Assembly (NCBI GenBank): GCA_964012805.1
Contig: CAXGUD010000013.1
Coordinates: 32,880-96,879 of the forward strand
Length of the DNA stretch: 64,000 nucleotides
Reading direction: 5' to 3'
Source: an uncultured Bacteriovoracaceae bacterium
Lineage (GTDB): Bacteria; Bdellovibrionota; Bacteriovoracia; Bacteriovoracales; Bacteriovoracaceae
Position numbers and translations under genes: made by a program. This document shows, piece after piece, positions 19,858 to 29,820 of the stretch (position 1 is its first letter; each line of letters opens with the position of its first letter). Below the pieces are notes generated by a model that saw nothing but the letters and a program-made list of their open reading frames with translations, was not told where the DNA came from and did no database searches.

Positions 19858-20325
19858 TTAAATTTCAGATTCGAAAGAAAACCCACCTTTGAACTCATAT
19901 CCTTCAAGACAGTCCTCTTTTTCTTCAATGCCATCAATCTCATTTTCATCTTCAATATTCTTAGAGTAAACATCTCCATAATACTTGATAACATTTTTAC
20001 CTTTCAAATAAGTTCCTTTAAAGATCATCGCACTTTTTTGTCCACCAGCAAAATCAGGGGCCTTCATTGTTGTCGCAAGATAAAAATTATCTTGTCCTCT
20101 TTTAGTTCTTGTAAAAGCTTTTTTGGCCTCAAGAGAAAAGTTCATACCTTCTGCACGAACGACAATCTTTCCTTTACGACCTTCAGGCATATCAAGGATC
20201 ATGTCTCTTGAGACAACATCACCTGTTCTTTTTATTGAGTAAAAAACCTTACCGGGAATTTCTAAAGCGGAAACTGAGCCTACTGATAAGAAAAACAGTA
20301 ATAGAGAAGCCAACATTTTGTTCAT
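19858..20325 (-). CDS. Hypothetical secreted protein
   Basis: Signal peptide (VSA-L); AAGGA RBS. Confidence 0.8.
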   Translation of the reverse strand: MNKMLASLLLFFLSVGSVSALEIPGKVFYSIKRTGDVVSRDMILDMPEGRKGKIVVRAEGMNFSLEAKKAFTRTKRGQDNFYLATTMKAPDFAGGQKSAMIFKGTYLKGKNVIKYYGDVYSKNIEDENEIDGIEEKEDCLEGYEFKGGFSFESEI

Positions 20326-20454
20326 AGTAACATCCTTTTTTTGTGTTAGTTATTAAAATTTGCCCACACAATGTTTTAAAACTATTTTGAAACTTGGTCA
20401 AAATAAAAGCTATTGACAAAAATTAGACAATTCTTTTGACAAAACTTCAAAAAA

Positions 20455-20751
20455 CTAGTCCCGCGCTTTAACTAAGAGCTTTGAAGAGATATTAAAAACC
20501 TTAGACAAAAAAGAACAAGTACCTAAAAGCCTCCGTCTTTGTTTCCTAGAAAGAACAGGACGAGAGGGAGACTTCACCTCAACAACCTGCAAGCTAACAA
20601 CACCGTCCTCCTTTTTAAAAAAGCAAAGGTCCACCTGGCCCAATCCTTTCTTCCTTAAAAGGTCCTGAGAAATAAGAACCGGAATACCTTTTCCATGAAA
20701 AAAAACAGACCACCACGACTCCTCTTTCAAACCAAGCTCAAAGGTTTTCAT
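20455..20751 (-). CDS. YraN-like (PD-(D/E)XK) protein
   Basis: GQVDL...VVEVK motif; conserved position after rnhB. Confidence 0.7.
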   Translation of the reverse strand: MKTFELGLKEESWWSVFFHGKGIPVLISQDLLRKKGLGQVDLCFFKKEDGVVSLQVVEVKSPSRPVLSRKQRRRLLGTCSFLSKVFNISSKLLVKARD

Positions 20752-21502
20752 AAAACTCTTTAACTCCTTTAAAAGTCTTCCTGTGAATGCGGCTTGGACC
20801 TATTTTTTCAAGAGCTTCGTAATGGGCCTTCGTTGGATACCCCTTATGTTTGGCCAAACCGTAACCAGGGTATTCTGAATCAAATCTCCTCATTAAATGA
20901 TCTCTGTACTCTTTGGCCAAAATACTTGCAACAGCAATGAGGACAACTTTACTATCGCCCTTAATAACCGGCTCACTATAGGCAACGGCCTCGAGTCCCT
21001 TTGGAGGATACTTTCCATCAACAAAAAGAACTCCCCTCCCGTGATTCTCCACAAAATCTTTCAAAGCTTTATTTTTATAAATTAAAGACCTTAAAAAAGA
21101 TTTCTTCATTGCCATTAATGAAGCTTGAAAAATATTAACTTTATCTATCTCAAGGGGAGAAACCTCCTCTATACAATATGTAAAGGCTTCCAAACCTTTG
21201 CCTGTAAATACCTGCCTTTTAGAAGGCTTTAATTTTGGAACCTCTATACCTAAGAGGTTTAAAATCGATATTCTTTTCTTTTCTGTAAGAGACTTTGAGT
21301 CTCCCACACCTAGCTCAAGAAAAGGTTCTAAGACTTTCTCTATTCCCTGAGACTTAACACTCTTTGGTAGAAGATGAGGAAAAAGAGTTACGGTTGCCCC
21401 AACAACAGGGCCTGCCAAAGGGCCTCGTCCTACTTCATCACAACCTGAAAAGAAGGAATATTTTTGATCTTCAAAATAAACTTTTTCAATATGAAGTTCC
21501 AT
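20738..21502 (-). CDS. rnhB: Ribonuclease HII
   Basis: GCDEVGRGPLAGPV, DSK, VDG, KGD and HKGYPT motifs. Confidence 0.97.
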   Translation of the reverse strand: MELHIEKVYFEDQKYSFFSGCDEVGRGPLAGPVVGATVTLFPHLLPKSVKSQGIEKVLEPFLELGVGDSKSLTEKKRISILNLLGIEVPKLKPSKRQVFTGKGLEAFTYCIEEVSPLEIDKVNIFQASLMAMKKSFLRSLIYKNKALKDFVENHGRGVLFVDGKYPPKGLEAVAYSEPVIKGDSKVVLIAVASILAKEYRDHLMRRFDSEYPGYGLAKHKGYPTKAHYEALEKIGPSRIHRKTFKGVKEFYENL

Positions 21503-21543
21503 GAATACCGTAGTCCTTTTTCTAATAAATTCTTAAAAAAGGG

Positions 21544-21576
21544 AAAAAAAAAGCGCCCAATTTGGACGCTTTTTTT
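21544..21576 (-). terminator. Intrinsic terminator after rplS
   Basis: AAAAGCG.CCA/TGG.CGCTTTT hairpin with flanking A/T runs. Confidence 0.75.
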
Positions 21577-21604
21577 ATTTTGAAAAAACTGTTTTAAAAG
21601 TAAC

Positions 21605-21967
21605 TTATTTTCTATCGTAGTCAATAGCAATACGAGCACTTTTCCCAGAACGATCTCTAAGATAGTAAAGCTTAGCTCTTCTACTTTTCCCTCTTTGAAC
21701 AACCTCAACCTTTTCAACATTATGTGAATGATAAGGGAAAACTCTTTCAACACCAATTCCACTAGAGATTTTTCTTACTCTAAAGTGGCCGTTCACAGAA
21801 CCTTTTCTTTTAATGGAAATACAGACACCTTGAAAAACCTGAATACGGGTTTTTGAACCCTCAGTAATTTTCGCGTGAACAGCAACGGTATCACCAGTTC
21901 TGAAGTCTGGAATATCCTTCACTTTTGGGTTGGCATGAATTTCATTTACTACATCAATTAAGTTCAT
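21605..21967 (-). CDS. rplS: 50S ribosomal protein L19
   Basis: FRTGDTV, RIQVFQG, GVERVFP and RRAKLYYLR motifs. Confidence 0.99.
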   Translation of the reverse strand: MNLIDVVNEIHANPKVKDIPDFRTGDTVAVHAKITEGSKTRIQVFQGVCISIKRKGSVNGHFRVRKISSGIGVERVFPYHSHNVEKVEVVQRGKSRRAKLYYLRDRSGKSARIAIDYDRK

Positions 21968-22029
21968 TTTTTCCTCACAATGATCTTAGGACCCATTTAA
22001 GAAAAGTTTCTTAAACTTTTCGGGCCACT

Positions 22030-22644
22030 CTATTTAGACTCAGAGGCGCCAAGAAGACGATCTAAATAAATCGCCACTGCAGACCTCACAGATAGATGGT
22101 TGTAACCATCAAAACTTGAACCGAAAATAGGTCCCAGTCTGTAATCCGCTCCTTCCACAACAGGTGCTGTAAGTCCCCATCCTGTACCAAATAGCAATAA
22201 TATCGGCCTTTTGTCAATTTTCAATTTCTCTTTTAAGTCTTCTGCAAGCCCATCATGCTGCTTGAAGTTTGCACCAGTGACTACAACAAAAGGCTTCTGA
22301 TAAGGGTTTCCTAGCTTTTTTTCTGTTTCAACAACAGAACGCAAAGCATCATCAATAGATGATACGCATCGAGCAACATTAAGAGCGTCACTTCTATCAG
22401 GATTATAAACAGATGCCTTATCCTCATTCCAATGACCTAAAATCCTTTTTAGCAATTCTTGCTGGGCCTTTAGGGGTGTTATGAGAAAGTAATTAGTCAC
22501 CCCAAACGTCCTACAACTTCTCGATATATCGTGGATATCTAAGTTGGTTACCGAAGTTGTTACAACCTCACCTCTTTTATTATTAATAGGGTGGTGCACA
22601 AGACCAAGGTAAACCCGAGACCCCTCACCCTTTAAATTTTTCAT
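22030..22644 (-). CDS. SPOUT-family RNA methyltransferase (TrmD-associated, DUF2168-like)
   Basis: LVHHP, TNLDIHDISR, FGTGWGL and YNHLSVRSA motifs. Confidence 0.88.
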   Translation of the reverse strand: MKNLKGEGSRVYLGLVHHPINNKRGEVVTTSVTNLDIHDISRSCRTFGVTNYFLITPLKAQQELLKRILGHWNEDKASVYNPDRSDALNVARCVSSIDDALRSVVETEKKLGNPYQKPFVVVTGANFKQHDGLAEDLKEKLKIDKRPILLLFGTGWGLTAPVVEGADYRLGPIFGSSFDGYNHLSVRSAVAIYLDRLLGASESK

Positions 22645-23402
22645 AAATCCTCCAATAAATCTGGTCTCTCTGCCTGAGTGACTCTAATAGACTCAAACCT
22701 CTCAAATTCCTCTATTTTTTTATGATTGCCTGAAAGAAGTACCTCTGGAACCTCTAGGCCTTCAAACAACCTAGGCCTTGTGTATTGAGGGTGCTCCAGC
22801 AACCCTCCCTGAAAGGACTCCTTTTGAAAACTTTCTCTATTCCCAAGAACTCCCGGCTTAAAACGGATAGCAGAATCAATAATTGCCATGACAGCAAGCT
22901 CGCCACCGGTCAATACATAGTCACCAAGGCTTAGCTGCTCATCCACATATTTCTGGATAAACCTTTCATCAATGCCCTCATAGCGACCGCAAATGAAAAC
23001 CAAATCTTTCCCATGACCATTTTTTCCCCAGGCACTTTGGGAAAACTCCTGACAGTTTTTCTGATTCCAAACTCTTCCTCTTGGTCCAGGAAAAACAACG
23101 TGAAGCTTTTCCTTCCAGTCGGGCCCATAGCCTCCAGGCCCAACGACACCATTAATGAGTGCCGCTTGAAGAGTATCAGGCCTCATTACCATACCTGGGC
23201 CTCCTCCATAAGGAGCATCATCTACACCCTTATAGGAATTGCTGGAATAATCTCTTAGCTGAACTAAATGAACAGATAGACCTGACTCTCTCTCACCTTT
23301 TAAGGCCCGACCGGAGAGACCTGTCTCCAAAAAGGCCTTGAAAAAATCCGGAAATAAAGAAATGATCCAAATCTTATGATCTTTTTTCTCACCGTTTGTC
23401 AC
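22641..23402 (-). CDS. trmD: tRNA (guanine37-N1)-methyltransferase
   Basis: VDDAPYGGGPGM, CGRYEGIDER, GDYVLTGGE and PQYTRP motifs. Confidence 0.98.
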   Translation of the reverse strand: MTNGEKKDHKIWIISLFPDFFKAFLETGLSGRALKGERESGLSVHLVQLRDYSSNSYKGVDDAPYGGGPGMVMRPDTLQAALINGVVGPGGYGPDWKEKLHVVFPGPRGRVWNQKNCQEFSQSAWGKNGHGKDLVFICGRYEGIDERFIQKYVDEQLSLGDYVLTGGELAVMAIIDSAIRFKPGVLGNRESFQKESFQGGLLEHPQYTRPRLFEGLEVPEVLLSGNHKKIEEFERFESIRVTQAERPDLLEDL

Positions 23403-23454
23403 TTAATACACCTTCTCCCTAACATTCATAATAAAATTGGCCTCTAATATGGTG

Positions 23455-23991
23455 TTAAATGACTTCTGGTCTGATCACTTCAATTCGATGGCCCCTTTCT
23501 AACTGCTCTACAACAGGAAAAAAGGCCTTCACGAATGGTATCTCAAGAAGATTTTTGTCTTTTGTTTCAATAACTGCAACGCTTTGACCTGGATGTTCAT
23601 AAAAGCCTTTCAATTCCCCAAAAGGCTCACCTTTTTCGTGGTCAAAAACTTCCTGGCCTTCCAAATCAGACAGGTAAACCTCATCTTCAGGAAGATCCGG
23701 TAATGAATGACGAAAAACCTTTAAATCAAAAGGAAGAATCCGTTCAGCAGAGGTTCGGTCCTCCACACCTTTAAAACTGATCATAACTTTGTGGCCGTAG
23801 ACAATATTGGATACAGTAAAGTCTCTACCATCAATCGGTAAATGATGTTTACCATTTCTTGGAAATAAGCGGACTTTTGTTCCTTTCTCAAGTGTCCTTC
23901 CCTCTAGGTTCTCTAAGTTGAGCTTTAAAGCACCTTTAAGTCCATGAACACTCTGACAAAACCCCAGTGTTATCATACTCGTCGTATCCAC
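23455..23991 (-). CDS. rimM: Ribosome maturation factor RimM
   Basis: HGLKG, GVEDRTSAE, LP.L..DEVY..DL.G and IPFV motifs; upstream of trmD. GTG start chosen by RBS. Confidence 0.93.
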   Translation of the reverse strand: MDTTSMITLGFCQSVHGLKGALKLNLENLEGRTLEKGTKVRLFPRNGKHHLPIDGRDFTVSNIVYGHKVMISFKGVEDRTSAERILPFDLKVFRHSLPDLPEDEVYLSDLEGQEVFDHEKGEPFGELKGFYEHPGQSVAVIETKDKNLLEIPFVKAFFPVVEQLERGHRIEVIRPEVI

Positions 23992-24259
23992 TCTTTTTAA
24001 CCTCTCATTTCTAAAACAAAACACCCTCTTTTACTAACAAAGAGGTCCTTTTGTAAAAGATGAAAGGTAAACTTTATAACCTCAAATAGCAGCTCAGAGA
24101 CAACATTGGACAAAAAGATGCAAAGCATAAAAAAAGAAGCCTAACCGGCTTAAAGAAAAAAAGACGTAAATGGGACCAGATCAATGCATCGCCCGTTCAT
24201 TTATCCATAAATTTCCTTTATATTGTCGCCCTTCTTAGACATTTTTTTTAGGAGACTTT

Positions 24260-25303
24260 ATGACTTTTCTTGTGGTCAAGCGTGCTTCGCTTAAACTAGG
24301 CCTTGCCATTTTTGCCCTTGTTTTAGCTTTTTTAACACCTGAAAGTGGTTTTCCATCTTCAGAGAAGTTGGAACTACTTTTTTCGAATAAACCAACGAAA
24401 GAGTTTCACAAGACGTTTTCAAAAGTCTCCTCAAATGACTCTGAAATTGTCAATTTCTTAAAGCCCTACCAAATTATCTTTGTAAGGGGTATTTTTACAG
24501 ACCTTTATGGTGGGCTTTCAGAAAGAGTCAAGGCACTTGGAGGACCTATTCCCGAAGGCTTTGGAAACCCTTTTTATCATGAAATTAAGTGGCTCCAAGC
24601 TCAAGGAATCCATACGACAAAAGCTCGTATTCATACAGAGCAGTCACCAAGCTTCAATGGAAATATCGTCGCTGAACTTGTTGAAGAAAGCACCAAGCCC
24701 GTTATTTTGATAAGTCACAGTAAGGGTGGAAATGACACACTTTTTGGACTTCTCCAAAACCCTAGAATCTATCCTAAAATTGCCGGCTGGCTTACACTCC
24801 AGGCACCACTCTATGGGAGCCCCCTCTTTGACTGTCTTGTCGGTTGTCCCTTTACAGACTTAGCTTTAGGACTCGGAATTGATATCGTCGGGGGGAGCTT
24901 TGAAGGCCTTCAAGAAATGAAAACTCCACTTCTCACTAAGCTTCACGAAGAAAGGGCCCATGATATAAAGACAATAGTTCAAGAGATTCCAACAATCTCC
25001 CTCGCTAGCCAATTCAAAAACCCAAATATTTTTCTGACAGGCCTTACACCACCAAAGAACAAATCTGCTTTTGAAGCTTTAAACCGCTTCATCCTTATCG
25101 CTGGTGGTGGAATAAATGATGGGATGACTCCGACAAAAAGTGCATGTCTTAAAGGAAGTGACTGTGTTTTCCTAAAGGGACTTGACCACGGAAACCTATC
25201 AGTCAATTTAAGCCCTTTTAGGGCCTATGAAAAAGAATTTAGAAGAAACACGATTCTTGGCCTCCTTGAAATGCTTAAAAAAAGAATTCTATTTAGAAAA
25301 TAG
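24260..25303 (+). CDS. Secreted alpha/beta hydrolase (lipase/esterase-like)
   Basis: Signal peptide, SHSKGG nucleophile elbow, P.YGS, NDG and DH motifs. Confidence 0.85.
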   Translation: MTFLVVKRASLKLGLAIFALVLAFLTPESGFPSSEKLELLFSNKPTKEFHKTFSKVSSNDSEIVNFLKPYQIIFVRGIFTDLYGGLSERVKALGGPIPEGFGNPFYHEIKWLQAQGIHTTKARIHTEQSPSFNGNIVAELVEESTKPVILISHSKGGNDTLFGLLQNPRIYPKIAGWLTLQAPLYGSPLFDCLVGCPFTDLALGLGIDIVGGSFEGLQEMKTPLLTKLHEERAHDIKTIVQEIPTISLASQFKNPNIFLTGLTPPKNKSAFEALNRFILIAGGGINDGMTPTKSACLKGSDCVFLKGLDHGNLSVNLSPFRAYEKEFRRNTILGLLEMLKKRILFRK

Positions 25304-25332
25304 AACATCTTAATACATCTTGAAAGAATCCC

Positions 25333-25372
25333 CTCTTAAGGCCGCGCTGATAAAAAATGGCGGCCTTAAGAG
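25333..25372. other. Perfect 13-bp inverted repeat (RNA hairpin, no U-tract)
   Basis: CTCTTAAGGCCGC-N14-GCGGCCTTAAGAG. Confidence 0.7.
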
Positions 25373-25520
25373 AGGTGACCAACACTTTGAAAATACCTGA
25401 ATACACCTCAAAAAGCGTGAAAAAACTACACTCTTTAACCACTTCCATAAGAGCTTCTTGATCCCATACCAGCAAAGAGATACAATGCAATGAGTTATAA
25501 AACACACAGGAGGAATACAC

Positions 25521-25688
25521 ATGCTTGAAAAATCACTCTTTTATTGCCCTGAAGAGTTTCAAGATGAACAAAAAAACGAAATCCTCAACGCGATCAATTC
25601 TCTAAAAAACCTTCCTTTAGAGCTAAACGAATTGAGAAGTTTATATATTGATCTTCTTCAACCAGAAATTAAAAAGCACTTTGTATAA
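25521..25688 (+). CDS. Small hypothetical protein, 55 aa (absent from the ORF track)
   Basis: AGGAGGA RBS 5 nt before ATG; MLEKSLFYCPEEFQDEQKNEILNAINSLKNLPLELNELRSLYIDLLQPEIKKHFV*; terminator immediately after. Confidence 0.65.
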   Translation: MLEKSLFYCPEEFQDEQKNEILNAINSLKNLPLELNELRSLYIDLLQPEIKKHFV

Positions 25689-25690
25689 AC

Positions 25691-25722
25691 AAAAAAAAGG
25701 AAGCCCGTGAGCTTCCTTTTTT
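25691..25722. terminator. Bidirectional intrinsic terminator
   Basis: A8-GGAAGC...GCTTCC-T6. Confidence 0.85.
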
Positions 25723-25773
25723 ATTCTACTGACACTGACCATCCTTGGTCTGCATCTAATTTCATTCTCTGAG

Positions 25774-26721
25774 TTAGGCCCTCGGTGGCCTAGGTAAAGG
25801 AAATGGGAAGCCGCCACCGCCGCCTCCGCCTCCGCCTTGATCATTTGGCTTAAACCAGCATAAAGGCCTTGTTTTGATGGCTGCTTCATTTCTCTCTCTT
25901 ACACAAACACCCTTGTTGATATCTGTTTCGCTAACTCCATCAGAAACTTCCTTATCACAAAGGGCACCTGAAAAATAAGTATCTAACCGGCACTGAGGTG
26001 CTGGGTGGTTACTGTCTGTTGTTGAGACCTTAGCTGGATCAGGTGTATCAAACTTAAGAGGCTTGTCTAACTTTTTAAGGGCCTTAAAAAGGTTGCCTAA
26101 AGACAGACCCGCCATGGCGTTTCTCTTACAAATCGCCAACTCATCCTGAGTCGAAAAACTTTCCTGACACTTCTTAGTCACAAATTCCGGTACGTCCATT
26201 TTCTCGACGATGGCAACATTATCATCGTCTTTCATATAACGCCTCATACATTTTAAACTTGCAAAATAATCTGCTTGGCCTTCATTAGCTGCCCACGTTG
26301 TGGACCAAAACATTTTTTTCTTTGGAAGCCCACCGATATGATGACCAAGCTCATGGCAGACAACCATGGCAAAACCATCAGGAGTTATGGCCTCATGCCT
26401 GGCAAGACCCCCGTACATATTGACAACCCACTTATTACCAAAGCGCTGCGCTGATGCATTAACCGTACCATCGTCCCACTTCCTCTCTACGTGGAGGTCT
26501 CCACCTTTGTCACGCACTAGAGGTTTATAAATGGTCTCAATTTTAGAAATAACATTATTAAACTCCTGCTCAGTCATAGAATTGATCCCTTTGTCATGAG
26601 GGCCAATCCATAAGTCATTGTCTTCAACGATCCCTGTCCTACCGTGAATGTCGCAAGAATAAAGTTGGTTAAAAGGCATCGCTAGTGTTACGACTAAGGC
26701 AATCAGTAACTGTTTTAACAT
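25774..26721 (-). CDS. Secreted Cys-rich zinc metalloprotease-like protein (HExxH) with Gly/Pro-rich tail
   Basis: Signal peptide, VNA, CHELGHH, NEGQADY and HPAPQCR (M48-like arrangement). Confidence 0.8.
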   Translation of the reverse strand: MLKQLLIALVVTLAMPFNQLYSCDIHGRTGIVEDNDLWIGPHDKGINSMTEQEFNNVISKIETIYKPLVRDKGGDLHVERKWDDGTVNASAQRFGNKWVVNMYGGLARHEAITPDGFAMVVCHELGHHIGGLPKKKMFWSTTWAANEGQADYFASLKCMRRYMKDDDNVAIVEKMDVPEFVTKKCQESFSTQDELAICKRNAMAGLSLGNLFKALKKLDKPLKFDTPDPAKVSTTDSNHPAPQCRLDTYFSGALCDKEVSDGVSETDINKGVCVRERNEAAIKTRPLCWFKPNDQGGGGGGGGGFPFPLPRPPRA

Positions 26722-26838
26722 ACATACTCCCTTACAAAGAACATTTGTCTTTAGCGCTCCTACTTAAGACCTTAATAGTTTCTCTGATAAACCCCCTCAT
26801 GTCTGCCATCTGTAAGAAAATGTTAATCTTATCTTTAT

Positions 26839-29820
26839 TTAGCTATTATATTGATCATTACCAAACAAGGAAGCTTCCCTAAGAGAAACGTCATAGACCT
26901 GTACTTGAAGGGCTCCGAGGATATTTTCAACCTTCCCCTTAATCATAAAGGCCCTACCTGAATACAGAAGGTCACGGAAGGAAATATATGCCGGTGGGAA
27001 AAAAACGGCTTCTATAAGACCCACCTCATCTGAAAAAGTCGCAAAACACATTTCTTCACCTTTCTTGGTCCAAACGACTTTAGCTGTTACATAGACACCA
27101 AAAAGAATCACGACTTCATTAATAAAAGCAGCAAGCTCAACACTTCGAACTCTTTTTTTATTTTTTAATGCATCTGGGTAAAGTGCCCAAACAGGGAAAC
27201 TAACAGGAGATTTTAGACAATCCATTTCCCACTTAATCAATTGCTCTGGGGAAAACTCTTTGAAGACCCTAGAGGGGATTTTTCCTTTAAACCTTCCCTT
27301 CTTTTGAACAGCAAACCATTCGTAGACCCGCCACATTTGAGAACAAAAGCTATCGCCTTCCTTAAGTGAAGAAAAGGCCCGTGATTTTACAAAAATCTTG
27401 GCCTCTTCAAAAGAAGGCATAATCCTAAAAAGAAAATTGTCAATTGAAGAAAAAAGCCCTTTATCCCGACGCTCTTCAATAATTCTCTTTTTAAGTCCTT
27501 CAGTAAGACCACTTAACTGCTGAAGACCTACTCTAATCGAGCCTCCATGGCCCTGAAACCCCTCTTCACTAAGGTTTATATCAGGAAGTAAAACCTTCAA
27601 ATTGAGCCGCCTGGACTCTTCCAAATAAGTCGAAAGAGAATAAAAACCACCACCATGAGACATAACCGCACTCATAAATTCAGCAGGAAAATGAGATTTT
27701 AAGTAGCAAGATTTAAAAGAGACCATTGCATAGCTTGCCGAGTGGGCCTTACAAAATGAATAACCTGAAAAACTCAAAATCATCTTCCACACTTGCTCTA
27801 GAACCGACCTGCTAACACCTTTTTTCCTGCCCCCCTCAAAAAACATTCTTTCAAAATCCAGCAGTTTTTTCCTTTTATCTTTTTTATCAAGAACCTTCCT
27901 AAGACCATTTCCTTCACTCATACTAAAGCCTGCCAAAACCATGGCAGTTTGAGAAACCTGTTCTTGATAAATCATAATTCCATACGTCTCTTCCAAAATA
28001 GGCTTTAAAAGAGGGTGAAAGTGAGAATAAGACTTTCCATGGAGCCTCTTCACAAATTCAAGAGCATAATCATTGGCAGCGGGCCTAATAATTGAGGATG
28101 CCATCACAATATGCTCAAATTTGCTCGATTTCATTCTTTGAAGAAGTAGTCTTGAGGCTGGGGACTCTATGTAAAAAACACCTAGTGTCCCCCCCGACTC
28201 TATAAGCTTTCGGGCCTTAGAATCAAGTAGAGGATCTAACCCATCATAAGTCAGCTTACCTCTAGGACCTCCATCCATTTCGATGCGCTTATTAACAGCA
28301 CTTATTGTGTCTCGAATGACTGCAAGGGAACGGTTACCTAAAAGATCAATCTTCACAAGGCCAAATTTTTTTACCTGCCTTTTTTCCCAATGAACAATAG
28401 GCAAACCTTTCTGCGTTTTTTCTACAGGAACATAGGATGAAATTGGTTTAGGTGTAATCACAACCCCCCCGGGATGAACCGAAAGGTGTCTAAAATGACT
28501 TTGAAGACGCTGTGCCTGAAACAAAATCGTCCTCCAAAGTGAGGAATCTTGAACTTTAGGAAACCGGCTTATCTGGTCATTAATTTCATCGAGAGGAACA
28601 CCATAAACCTTTGCAACCTCTCTAATCGCAGAAGCTCCCTGGAGAGAATTGTGATTGGAAACCATCGCTGAATGACGAGGGTATTTTTGAAAAACATAAT
28701 TTAAAATAGCGTCCCTTTCATCCCAGGGAAAATCTATATCAATATCTGGAGGATCCTCTCGGTCTGGATTAAGAAAACGCTCGAAGTAAAGGTTGTGGCG
28801 GATGGGATCAACATGGGTAATTCCTAAAAGAAAACTCACTAAACTCGCAGCTGCTGAACCACGCCCGCAGGTTCTAGGGCAATGCCTGACAATATCTTCA
28901 ACGACTAAGAAGTATGAACTAAAACCCTTTTTAGAAATAACACCAAGTTCATGCTCAAGCCTCTCTATAAGCCGAGACTGAAACTGGTTATGAAGCGTCG
29001 GTGTTTCTTGTCCTCCATACCTTCGTTTAATACCTTCGAAGCTTTTCTTTCTTAAAACATCATCACATTTCTGCTTACTCCAATCGTTAAAGCTTGGAAA
29101 AATCGTTTTTCCTTCACAAAGATTAAAATGGCGACACCGGTTAAAAATTTTATATGTATTCTCTATTATCTCTGGATAGGCTTGAAAAAAGCTTGATACT
29201 TCATTCGGATTCATGAGCCGGCAACTTTTCTTAAAAAAAGAAAGATCCACTTGATCTAATGTTTTATTTTGATGAATCGCTTGACCTAAACGGATAAAAA
29301 AATCATCTCCCTCTTCGATAAAACGTGCGCGAGTGCTCCCAACAAAAGGAATTTGTTGATCTCGGCACCAAAGAACATCTTTATGTTGAGAGAAGCCTGG
29401 AGAAAACTCGTAGTATAAAGTCCCCTCTTCTTTTCTTTTTTTGAGAGTAATAAGTAAAGACCGGCAATCGGTCATAATGACAGTATTTGAGCCCATCGAA
29501 ATCAAATGGTTCTTAAGCTTTTCGCCAGTAAAAGATTCATGCTTCAAGTCTGTTAAAAGATAACACAAGTGCTCATAACCTTTTTTATTCGCACATAAGA
29601 TAACAAGCCTATAGCTTGACCAAACGACCTCTGCCCCAATAAGAGGAGAAAGCCCCATTTTTCTGGCCTCTTCATTGAAGTGAACAGCACCATAAAGAGC
29701 ATTCGTGTCCGTAAGTGCAATCCCTGGCAATTGGTTGTCCTTGGCCCAACGGCACAATTCTTGAGGAGAATTCAACCCGGCCAGAGGGGAGTAAAAAGAG
29801 TGAACGTGAAGAGGAATCAA
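26839..29820 (-). CDS. dnaE2: Error-prone DNA polymerase III alpha subunit (DnaE2/ImuC)
   Basis: PHP HVHS, GRGSAA, PDIDIDF, KIDLLG and FCKAHSASY motifs plus an OB fold. Short (993 aa) and coupled to imuB. Confidence 0.92.
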   Translation of the reverse strand: MIPLHVHSFYSPLAGLNSPQELCRWAKDNQLPGIALTDTNALYGAVHFNEEARKMGLSPLIGAEVVWSSYRLVILCANKKGYEHLCYLLTDLKHESFTGEKLKNHLISMGSNTVIMTDCRSLLITLKKRKEEGTLYYEFSPGFSQHKDVLWCRDQQIPFVGSTRARFIEEGDDFFIRLGQAIHQNKTLDQVDLSFFKKSCRLMNPNEVSSFFQAYPEIIENTYKIFNRCRHFNLCEGKTIFPSFNDWSKQKCDDVLRKKSFEGIKRRYGGQETPTLHNQFQSRLIERLEHELGVISKKGFSSYFLVVEDIVRHCPRTCGRGSAAASLVSFLLGITHVDPIRHNLYFERFLNPDREDPPDIDIDFPWDERDAILNYVFQKYPRHSAMVSNHNSLQGASAIREVAKVYGVPLDEINDQISRFPKVQDSSLWRTILFQAQRLQSHFRHLSVHPGGVVITPKPISSYVPVEKTQKGLPIVHWEKRQVKKFGLVKIDLLGNRSLAVIRDTISAVNKRIEMDGGPRGKLTYDGLDPLLDSKARKLIESGGTLGVFYIESPASRLLLQRMKSSKFEHIVMASSIIRPAANDYALEFVKRLHGKSYSHFHPLLKPILEETYGIMIYQEQVSQTAMVLAGFSMSEGNGLRKVLDKKDKRKKLLDFERMFFEGGRKKGVSRSVLEQVWKMILSFSGYSFCKAHSASYAMVSFKSCYLKSHFPAEFMSAVMSHGGGFYSLSTYLEESRRLNLKVLLPDINLSEEGFQGHGGSIRVGLQQLSGLTEGLKKRIIEERRDKGLFSSIDNFLFRIMPSFEEAKIFVKSRAFSSLKEGDSFCSQMWRVYEWFAVQKKGRFKGKIPSRVFKEFSPEQLIKWEMDCLKSPVSFPVWALYPDALKNKKRVRSVELAAFINEVVILFGVYVTAKVVWTKKGEEMCFATFSDEVGLIEAVFFPPAYISFRDLLYSGRAFMIKGKVENILGALQVQVYDVSLREASLFGNDQYNS

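Noticed and set aside
25293..25522. Short minus-strand ORFs (also 25641-25889, 32543-32785, 39582-39809)
   Set aside because: No RBS or motifs; they overlap promoters, terminators or better-supported genes.
25811..25837. GCC-rich tandem repeat
   Set aside because: It simply encodes the poly-Gly tail of the 25774-26721 protein.
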